A DNA stretch of 64,000 nt from Squalus acanthias. Its lineage: Eukaryota. The translations under genes and the position numbers were made by a program. The stretch covers positions 112,098,001 through 112,162,000 of the forward strand of contig CM059431.1 in the NCBI GenBank assembly GCA_030390025.1, given 5' to 3'. The notes under the pieces were generated by a model. It worked only from the letters and a program-made list of their open reading frames with translations. It made no database searches and was not told the DNA's origin. Below, in pieces: positions 29,001-40,300 of this stretch (positions are counted from its first letter, which is position 1; each line of letters opens with the position of its first letter).

Positions 29001-32000
29001 TCTCTTTTTACAGCTACACAGGCGGTTGGGTTGAAGTGATGTACAATTTTGCTGTAAGCGGAGGGTGCGGGAAATGGTTCAAAATGAAACGAAGGCTAAA
29101 ATCAAATACTGTTAAGTGCATGAAAGAAGGATATTTTTTATTCAACCAAAGTATGGTTTCAAAAAGAAAACTGCAATTAAGTGCTTGATGCACATTTTTA
29201 GGGATTCAGACAAATTATGTGTCAACTTCAATCTGAATTCAAAGTATTGAAATGCAATCGACATTAAAGGACCCTAACAACTTCTCATGGCGCATTCGCA
29301 TATAATATAGATGTAATATCTCTAAGTTTGCAGACGACACAAAGCTGGGTGGGCATGTGTGCTGTGAGGAGGATGCAGAGAAACTCCAGTATGATTTGGA
29401 CAGGTTGGGTGATTGGGCAGATGCAGTATAATGTGGATAAATGCGAGGTTAACCACTTTGGTGGCAAAAACAGGAAGACAGATTATTATCTGAACGGCAA
29501 TAGATTGGGAAAAGGGGAAGTGCAACGAGATCTGGGAGTCCTTGTGCACCAGTCACTGAAGGTAAGCATGCAGGTGCAGCAGGCGGTTAAGAAGGCAAAT
29601 GGTATGTTGGCCTTCATAGCGAGTGGATTCGAGTACAGGAGCAAGGATGTCTTGCTGCAGTTGTACAGGGCCTTGGTGAGACCACACCTTGAGTATTGTG
29701 TGCAGTTTTGGTCGCCTTATCTGAGGAAGGATGTTCTTGCCATGGAGGGAGTGCAGCGAAGATTTACCAGACTGATACCTGGGATGGCAGGAATGACGTA
29801 TGAAGAGAGATTGGGTCGATTAGGCTTATATTCGCTAGAGTTTAGAAGAATGAGAGGGGATCTCATTGAAACTTATAAAATTCTAACAGGACTAGACAGA
29901 CTAGATGCAGGAAGGATGTTCCTGATGGCGGGGGAGTCCAGAACCAGAGGTCACAATCTAAGGATAAGGGGTAAGCCATTTAGGACTGAGATGAGGAGGA
30001 ATTTCTTCACCCAGAGAGTGGTGAACCTGTGGAATTCTCTACCACACAAGGCAGTTGAGGCCAATTCATTAAATATATTCAAGAAGGAGATAGATATATT
30101 TCTTAAGGCTAAAGGGATCAAGGGATATGGGGAGAAAGCAGGGACAGGGTACTGAATTTGGATGATCAGTCATGATCTCATTAAATGGCGGAGCAGGCTC
30201 GAGGGGCCGAATGGCCTACTCCTGCTCCTATCTTCTATGCTTCTATAAGTTCTATTTTATAAGAGGAAGCCAAATAGAAATTAATCAAAGCTCGGTGCTA
30301 GTTTTGTTGCCTTTTAAAAGCAGCCCAGCCCATAACTGAAAAACCTGCACCGAAGCGGTAGATTTCAAGTCATGTTAGGGAGGATGAATCATTATAATTA
30401 TTGATGGGTAATATGTTCGCACTTTGAAATTGTAATAGTATTGGCTGAAAGTTACACGAGTTTTGTTAACCCTATCACTGTCAGTAGCGCAGAGCTCTGG
30501 TTGTGAATATTTGGTATGTGTTAACAGAGCAGGGAATAATAGATTCCAAGAACTGAGATTGTAAGGCTCTAATTTATCCATTGGTGTAACTTCCTAAACC
30601 ACAATAGTAAAGCTTGAATGTTCTAGGAAAGCAGGGAACTCTTATTTTAAATAGAAAGTGCTGGAAACACTCGGCAGGTCAGGCAGCAGAGTCAGAACTG
30701 GAAAAGTTTAGGGAGGAGAGATTTTTAAGCAGGGGCAGGGAGGAGGGGAGGAAAGAACAAAAGCGAAGGTCTGTGAGAGGCTGGAAGGCCGGAGAGATTG
30801 ACTGACAAAAGGGATGATGGTGCAAGGCAAAAGGAGATGGTAATGGAACAAGTTAAGAAACAAAAGATGGCTCTAGATGAGGTGTGACCGATGATGGCAG
30901 CAACATTAACAGCTACCGTGTGAGGAAACGAGAGAGAAAAAAATTAAAGAAATACGAAGGCCAATTTATAGTCTGAAATTGTTGAACTTGTTTTGGACTT
31001 GACATTGAGTTCAACAATTTCAGACTATAATTGTTAATGTTGCTGCCATCATCATTCACACCTCATCTAGAGCCAACTTTTGTTTCTTAACTTGTCCCAT
31101 TACCCGTTCTGCCTGGACCCCTCCCTCTGGCCTCTTACCCTCTCTAGATCTTTTCATTGTTAACTGCCGGCGTGACATCGGCCGTCTCAATTTCTCTGCT
31201 CCCCTCTCTCACTCCAGCCTACCTCCCTCTGAACTTGCAGCACACTCTTCCCTCAGATCCAACCCCGACATTGTCATTAAACCTGCTGACAAGGGTGGTG
31301 CTGTTGTTGTTTGGCGTACCGACCTCTACCTAGCAGAAGCTGAACGGCAACTCTCCGACACCTCCTCCTACCTCCACCTGGACCATGACCCCACTACCGA
31401 ACATCAAGCCACCATTTTCAAGACCGTCATTGACCTCATCTCCTCTGGAGATCTCCCCCCCCCCCCCCCCCCCCCCCACCCCCCCCCACGGCCGCCAACC
31501 TCATAGTCCCCAACCCCGCACAGCCCGCTTCTACCTCCTTCCCAAGATCCACAAACAGGACTGCCCCGGTAGACCCATCGTTTCAGCCTGTTCTTGCCCC
31601 ACGGAACTTATCTCTTCCTACCTCGACTCTATATTTTCTCCCCTTGTCCAGTCTCTTCCTACCTACATCCGCGACTCTTCCGATGCCCTCCGCCACTTTA
31701 ACAGTTTCCAGTTTCCTGGCCCCAACCGCCTCCTTTTCACTGGACGTACAATCCCTCTACACCTCCATTCCCCACCAGGATGGCCTGAGAGCGCTCCGCT
31801 TCTTCCTTGAACAGAGGCCCAACCAGTCCCCATCCACCACCACCCTCCTCCGCCTGGCTGAACTTGTTCTCACATTGAACAACTTCTCCTTTGACTCCAC
31901 CCATTTCCTCCAAATCAAAGGTGTTGCTATGGGTACCCGCATGGGTCCTAGCTATGCCTGCCTTTTCGTGGGATATGTGGAACACTCTTTGTTCCAGTCC

Positions 32001-35000
32001 TACTTGGGTCCTCTCCCTCACCTCTTTTTCCGGTACATTGATGACTGTATCGGTGCAGTCTCCTGCTCTCGCCCTGAACTAGAACATTTCATTCACTATG
32101 CTTCCAATTGCCACCCTTCCCTCACCTTCACATGGTCCATCTCCGACTCTTCCCTTCCCTTCCTCGACTTCTCCGTCTCCATCTCTGGGGATAGGTTATT
32201 GACTAACATTCACTACAAGCCCACTGACTCCCACAGCTACCTGGACTACACTTCCTCCCACCCCGCCTCCTGTAAGGACTCTATTCCATTCTCGCAGTTT
32301 CTCCGCCTCCGCCGCATCTGCTCTGACGATGCCACCTTCCATACCAGTGCTTCCGACATGTCTTCCTTTTTCCTCAACCGAGGATTCCCCTCTACTGTGG
32401 TTGACACGGCCCTCGACCGTGTCCGTTCTATCTCCCGCACTTCTGCCCTCACCCCTGCCCCTCCCTCCCAGAACCACGATAGAGTTCCCCTTGTCCTCAC
32501 CTTTCACCCCACCAGCCTTCACATTCAACGGATCATCCTCCGCCATTTCCGCCACCTCCAGCGTGATCCCACCACCAAACGCATCTTCCCCTCACCTCCC
32601 CTTTCAGCATTCCGCAGGGACCGCTCCCTCCGCGATACCCTAGTCCACTCCTCTACCACCCCCAGCACCCCTTCCCCTTCGCCCGGCACATTCCCGTGCA
32701 AGCGCAGGAGATGCAACACATGCCCTTATACCTCCCCCCTTCCCACTGTCCAGGGCCCCAAACACCCCTTCCAGGTGAAACAGCGATTTACTTGTACTTC
32801 CTGCAATTTAGTATACTGTATTCGCTGTTCACGATGTGGTCTCCTCTACATTGGGGAGACCAAACGCAGATTGGGTGACCGCTTTGCGGAACACCTCCGT
32901 TCAGTTCGTAAGGGGGACCCCGAGCTCCCGGTCGCCTGTCACTTTAATTCTCCGCTCCACTCCCACTCTGACCTCACCATCCTCGGCCTATTACACTGTT
33001 CCACGGAAGCGCAGCGTAAGCTCGAGGAACAGCACCTCATCTTTCGTTTAGGCACCCTACAGCCTTCTGGACTCCACATCGAGTTCAACAATTTTAGATC
33101 ATAACCTCAGCCCCTATCACATTTATATTTTATTTTTTCATCCAACCTTTTGTTTGGCCCCCCCCCCAGTTTTTTTCCCTCCCAGAAGCTGGCAGCTGTC
33201 CTTCATTCTGCCAGTGCATTTCACACTTCATTTAGCCTCAACCAGTCACATTAACACCACCTCTTGCCTTGATCATCTCTTAATGTCTCTCAATGTCTCT
33301 TAATCTCTCCTTTTGTTCTTTCATCCCCTCCCTCTTTTCCCAGCTTTATACTTGCTTTAAATCTATTTCATTTCCTGTTTTTTTCCAGTTCTGACGAAAG
33401 GTCTTCGACCTGAAACGTTAACTCTGTTTCTCTCTCCACGGATGCTGCCTGGCCTGCTGAGTTTTTCCAGCGTTTTCTGTTGTTATTTCCCGTTACCTCT
33501 CCTTTTGCCTTGCACTATCCTCCCTTTTGTCAGTCAGTCTCTCCTGCTTTCCATCCGAACACAGACCTTCCCTTTGTTCTTTCCTCCCCTCCTCCCTGCC
33601 CCTGCTTAAAAATCTCTCTTCCCTAACCTTTTCCAGTTCTGACGAAGGGCTCGACTCGAAACGTTGATTCTGTTTCTCCTCTCCTCGATGCTGCCTGACC
33701 TGCTGAGTGTTTCCAGCACTTTCTGTTGTTATTTCAGATTTCCAGCATCCGCAGTATTTTGTTATTGTCTTATTTTAAATAGTTGCTTATATAATTTTGT
33801 ATTTGATGTAGCTGCTGGCCCTTGAGGAAGGAAAATAATAAAAATGAATTGTATGTAATTTACCAGAATGATGTATACTCCACATATAAACAGGGTTATC
33901 GAAGTGTGTTTTTACTCCATATATTTTTGTGTTGACTGTCCATTCCTAATGTGTACATGTAATTCATTGTTTTGTGATCGAAATAAACTTGATAGCTAAT
34001 GCATTTTGTATTTTTGCTTTAGCATCTGAACCCCTTAGTCTGAAAAACTTTAAAAGGCGATCCCAGTTTTTTGAACAAGGTAAAACAAAAATTAATATGC
34101 GTGTATGTTTTGTGGGGCTGGCTAACATCTAGGCTTCCCGTTATGCTGACTGACTGTTATGGTATTGAAACATATAGTCATGGCTTTCCATATATTCATC
34201 TGCCTGGTAAAGCTTATGATTTTGTATATGCCTCTCTTCTTTCTGTAGGCTCAGCAGAGTTTGTTTTCAATTCATCGGTCTACCTTTGTGGTAATCGTTA
34301 TTCATTGTGTTTTTTTGACAGATGTGTTCATCTTTTTAAAAATGCTGTTTCAGACCTCGGAAATGTTTCCAATTTCTAACCATCGTTAGATATTTGGCAA
34401 ACAAGCGTTCTGTTTTTGTAATTTCACCGAGTGTGTAAATGCCTGATGCAAAATATAAAACAGGATGAAACAGCAGACCATTTGAAGGCCATACCAACAT
34501 TTTAATATGTCATTTTAGATTGTGAAATCTGAGTGTTGGAGTACCAATCCAATTAGTTAGACAGTTCAAAATTTACAATATTGCATTTTGTTAAATATAT
34601 TTTTCTCGAACAAAATCCAATCAGCAGACTAGGTTTGCAACAACAGTGTGTGCTTTAGTAATATTCAAACGGCAACCTGCAAATGTTGGTACGGTCTCAT
34701 TTTTTAACATTACCTCTTGCTTGCTATCTTCACGCAGCTTTGTGAATGAAATGCATCACATCCTTTGTACTCTTTTCCTCTTTTGTGCAATAGTATTGGA
34801 TTTTGCACATTTTTTGTGCCATAAGCATTGTAAACTCAAAGAAAGTGTGTTTGACAAAAATGCATTGTTTTATATACATGCAGAAAACGGATTGAAATAA
34901 TACAAAGTAGTACAATAATCAGTGGTGCCATATCATCTCAAATTACATGACATTACCCATTGTCTCTTTAGGGTGGCTTTAATAGACATCCAGCTGTTTG

Positions 35001-37269
35001 CACTGAGAAATGAGTTTGATGTTGCAGTTTGAGCTTTTTCCCAACATCTTTTCCTCATTTTAAGCAGTTTGATGAAAGGTTCCTTAGCAGATCAAGTCTT
35101 GATTGAAATCTACACCTTTTATTGTCTGCTGTATTTGGGTTAGTTTAGCCCAAGCTGGACAATTAACCTGAGCGCTGTAAATTACTGGAGAATATATAGG
35201 ATGCCAATTACGTTTCCAATCATCTCAGACGCCAGAAAATGTCTTGCAGCTGGAGCACTTTGTGCAGGCTGAAATTTGTCTCCAAGATTTGTTTAGAGAG
35301 AATATGATTTACAGAAGCTAAAACATAAAAAAAGAAAGACTTGCATTTATATAGCGCCTTTCACGACCACCAGACGTCTCGAGGCGCTTTACAGCCAATT
35401 AAGTCCTTTTGAAGTGGAGTCACTGTTGTAATGTGGGAAACGCAGCAGCCAATTTGCGCACAGCAAGCTCCCACAAACAGCAATGCGATAATGACCAGAT
35501 CATCTGTGTTTTTTTGTTATGTTGGCTGAGGGATAAATATTGGCCGGGACACTAAGTGAGATACTATGCAGCGCAATCAATATTTTACATAGCATACAAA
35601 CTGGGTTGGCTGTTTTAAACAGAAATTCTTTCTCTCGGCAAGCCTCTGATGGTACCTAGCTCTATCCTGCCCTGTCCTGTTTAGTGACACAATCAGTCGA
35701 AAAACTGAAGAACACAAGAAAGTCTCTCGGTTATAGGGATGTTTTTCCTTTGAAATTGGAGCAAATTTCTAGGATGGTTTCACCCTTCATCTTGATTATA
35801 TTAAATAACAATGATTTCTTGCCGCATCACAATGACACCAGTTGTAAATTCCGATACAATGACTCTAATTTGCGTAGCAAATACAAAAGAACAGAGGATC
35901 CAGCAGTTAATTCACAAATGTTGGATCTTCTATGCCTATCAACATTATTGACTTGGCAGTTGCAAACCAATGTCTTTGGGCCTTCCAGATGTCATTCAGT
36001 GCTTTTAGAGTTGCTGCATAGGAGAAAGGTAGTTGGTGAGGTGAAGAAGAAATATTTTTTAGGAACATTAAACGAGTTGTACTGAGGCTGATTTGAAAGA
36101 ACTTCTATCTTAGTGAAGCAGACTCAAGCAGTGAGTTACGCTGTGCTGAGAAGCTGCAGTATTTTGGGGCTGTTCATCAGCTTATAAATTCTTTTCTTCT
36201 TTTGCAGGAGGATCAGAGTCGGCAATGAGTGATGTAAGTATAGTACAAATTCTACCCTTCGATTGTGTGTAAAAATTTCCATAATGCAATATTGAGCTGT
36301 CTTCAGTAGGAAGTAGAAAAATATCTCATGCCTGTTGTGCACTATTTGACATGGTGCATTAAAGGGATACCATTCGGCCTTTTGCATGTCTCCAGAAATA
36401 GATCAAAAAACAAGACCTTAATTAAAGATATTTGAACGCTTCATAAATTCAGTCGATCATTGGCAGAAGCGCTTGACATTAAAGAAAGTTATATACTATG
36501 TGTATGCACATTTAAAAAAAAAAAAATAAAGGTGTTACATGCTTTCTTCTTGCTGTGGTATGTTAGCTACAAATTCCATCAATTAGTGTTTCAAGTCGTT
36601 GGTCTTGGAATCCCGAGGAAGAGAGAAAGCGCCAGGAAGTTTGGCAGAAAGAGCAGGACCGATTGTTACAGGTACAGTGTGGCTATAGAGCTAGCCACGT
36701 GGTGTTGAGGTGATTTTGCGGGTTTACTAATAAATGCTTTGCATGGATGCTAGCCCTTTAATATAGTGCCTTGTGACACCAGGCAAAGGTGTTCCATTCT
36801 ATTATATAGCTGCTTAAGACTTTTGTGCAAAGGGTAGAATAAGGGAGGATGTGAACCATTGGACGCAAGTTTTTTTATTAAATCCATCTTTGCATTTATT
36901 TGAAGTGCCTCGATTTCTCAACTATTTCCTGCTGTGGGGATTGTGTCTTTAATTTATTTTTCTTCTCTGCTTATCTTGAGACTGTCAAATGTCCCCCAGC
37001 TGCCAGAGCAGTACACCTGCTCATTTCGCAAGCTTCTACCAATGTCCATTTGAAGCCAGTTATCAGAGGGTGCATGTGCATGGACTTCAGCGAGACTGCT
37101 TCCATATGAGAAGTTCTACTTGCTCAATATCTTCCCGTGGTCATGTGGCTAAGATCAGTAGTTCAATGTAGGAAAGATTGTGGGTGGGTGTGTGCCATCA
37201 CCTTGAGGCTCCACCACTCCATTAGTAACACATTTAATTTAAAGAATTCATTCTCTGATCAAGTTCGTC

Positions 37270-37306
<37 letters not shown>

Positions 37307-40300
37307 TTCCTAGTCTCTGTTGGAATGACAGGTACAGTAGTTGAATCTATTGTATGTCATTGTACCATCAGTTGTCTGGGAATCACTGAAGTAGTCTGCA
37401 TTGTTTGGGATTGGGACACGCGTAGTCTGTTCAATCCCGCATAAGTAGAACAGCATCCCGGGGTGCTTGACTTGTAACTTTAAACAAGAAATGCAAATTG
37501 GCAATAGAATCACATTGAGACCGGCAGCCAGCGTGGTCAAATTAATATCGTCAGCTTATTTTGAATGGCCGATCAATTATGCACCACTTAAATAAATGTT
37601 CTTAATCCACCAGAATGGGAGTTATTTACGCCTTGATTATGATCAGTGAAAATTTCAATTTGTTTTGCTATCAGAGCATTTGTTTCACTATTGATTTAAA
37701 AAAAAAAAATTAAAAGAAGTATCCCGTTGGCCAATGAACATGCACAGCATTTCATATTGGAGCATTCTGAGCCTCTGTTGTCCAAACCAATTTACCATCC
37801 TTTTGCTTCAGGAAGGACATAATGCTACCCTTTTCTAACTGTAGCCCTAATGCTGGCATGTTGTCATGGTGCTGTTGCTGGTTATAAAAAGGAGCATGCA
37901 TGAAGTAGTGGTGATGGCTTATCCTTTTTATTGGTTGTAATTGTGCAGTGGTAGCTCTTGTATAAACAGCCTTTGCCAAATCTAGACTCAGAGCAATAAA
38001 AACAGAAAATGCTGGAAATACTCAGCAGGTCAGGCAGCATCTGTAGAGAGAGAAACAGAGTTCATGTTTCAGGTCGATGACCCTAGACTCCAAGCAATTC
38101 ACTGCAAGTGTTCATCTGAAATGGTAGAAACCATCGCAAGGCGTGCATTGTCAACACTTAAGAATGTGACATGCATCATTCATCGACTTTGAATCACTTA
38201 TTCAATGTTGGTTCTTGTGGTACAGTTCAGCAAAGTTTTATCATCAAATAATGTACTTCACTTTTAGTGTGAATCCTGTAGAATCTCAGCTTTAATGTTT
38301 TAAATTTGATAATGTACAGATTTTACTTCATGTTTTGAATAGCTAAATTCTGACAACGCCAAACATTTTATTACTAATATGACTGAGTGAAATCAGCAAT
38401 TTAAAGATTTCTTGGGAGTTTTAGTCTGGATTCAAGTTTTGGCATTGGTAGTTATTCCTCGTAGTACTAGTGGGCCAATGTGAAAACACACGCCCTTCCT
38501 TACTTCCACGCACAAAAGCTTTCATTTACCTAATGGTTTTGATCGTTTGGGACTATTAGGAAAAATATCAGCGCGAGCAGGAGAAACTGCAAGAAGAGTG
38601 GAAAAAGGCCCAGGAAGAGGCTGAACAAGAAGGTTCCAAGTACTATGAAGAGGTAACGAGAGATGCATTCAACAGGTTGTGGGGGGGCGGGTATCCATGG
38701 AGATGAGGGAAAGGGCAACACACCAATCTCTGAAACAGCAATACATTTTAGATTGTTTTAAGTTAGAAGGGGACTAAAAGGTATTAAAGTATTGACTGAG
38801 ATCAAACATTTTGGAGTTTTGTTGTTTCGTGTCAAATTTAGCCATAATAAACATCCCTTTAACAGCCAAACTGGAAAATATTGATTTCTGCCTTTCTGAT
38901 GTTGCAATAATTCATCATATAAATGTTCATCATATATTACTCAAAATTGGTAATCTGGTGTTTTTGATTAGAGTATATTTTTACGCTTCTGGGTCCGAAC
39001 ACTTTAAAAAAATGTCTAGTGGCTTTAACAGGCTTTCCTTACAAAAGCTGAATTATTTTTTTTTTAAACTGAGAGCTGCCAGTTACTAATAGCAACCATT
39101 AGGCAAAACCTTTTTTCCTGCTGGTATTATGATTGATGGCTTTGACTTGCCAATGAAACAGAATGGGGATGGGGAGCATTTTCTTTAATTATCTATCTTT
39201 CGGCTGATTTTTAAGACCGCAGTGACTTTTTAAATGTCCTATTCTTTCGACTTCCATGTACAAATAGAATGTTGCTATCATTCCTTGGGGCAAAACAGTA
39301 CTGCATACAAAACACCCGTGGGCACTGCCCTTTGTAAGAAATTCATGCCTTGTGCTAGCACGAGATAAGTATTCTTCTCCAAATCATTGCAATTGCTGTT
39401 TCATTCTTTGTTTTGAGTTCAAAAGATCTTCAACTTTCCAAGTACATGTAGAAAGGCATTTTTCTTCTAGGCTGTTGCCTACTTATTAGCAGCAAAATTC
39501 TCATCGCATTTCACAGCACAGTATTCAGCAGTGGCCAACCCTAATTGGATCAATAGCAAAATACTGCGGATGCTGGAAAACTGAAATAACAACAGAAAGC
39601 GCTGGGGAAAAACTCAGCAGGCCAGGCAACATCCGTGGAGAGAAACAGAGTTAACGTTTCTGACGAAGGGTCTTCGACCTGAAACGTTAACTCTGTTTCT
39701 CTCTCCACGGATGTTGCCTGGCCTGCTGAGTTTTTCCAGCGCTTTCTGTTGTTATCCTAGTTGGATCAACTCTGGTGCATCTTTTTCAGACACTATTGGG
39801 TAACAAACAGCTGCTAATTTTAAATTTGGACCCAGTGGTTATGGATCCTTCCCCATAACTAAATCGCATAAAACGTTGTCTTCTCGGTCTTCCATCATTA
39901 CCTGGTTTTGATGTGCAAGTCATGCTCAAAACTCCGCACAAGGTTCACTGGGCCACAATCCTGGCTACAGAAATGTTGATTCTCTCAGAAATGAGACACT
40001 TGGCATCCAGTTCTATCCAGAAGCAATCATTCAATTCTCGGCCAGCAAGTGAACGAAGGGTGGTCAGGGAGTGTTAGTAATAAAAGAAAGAAAAGAAAGA
40101 CTTGCATTTATATCGCGCCTTTCATGACCACCGGATGTCCCAAAGCGTTTTACAGCCAATGAAGTCACTTTTAAAGTGTAGTCACTGTTGTAATGTGGGA
40201 AACGCGGCAGCCAATTTGCCCACAGCAAGCTCCCACACACAGCAATGTGATAATGATCAGATAATCTGTTGTTTTATTGATGTTATTGAGGGATAAATAT

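Larger units (their letters stand above)
30655..33767. mobile_element. Outer fold-back Penelope pseudo-LTR element (family A), interrupted by inner PLE
   Basis: 15-bp perfect TSD TCTTATTTTAAATAG (30640-54, 33768-82); left arm 30655-30988 is reverse complement of 31008-31104 + 33498-33727. Confidence 0.85.

Noticed and set aside
31454..31488. Long poly-C tracts (also 1747, 23620, 26446, 53630) as G-quadruplex/i-motif elements
   Set aside because: Mostly within TEs; homopolymer expansion or sequencing length error is the simpler explanation
31644..33104. 486-aa ORF as an intact or domesticated gene
   Set aside because: It is the downstream part of a 5'-truncated, frameshifted Penelope ORF; its annotated N-terminus is out of frame
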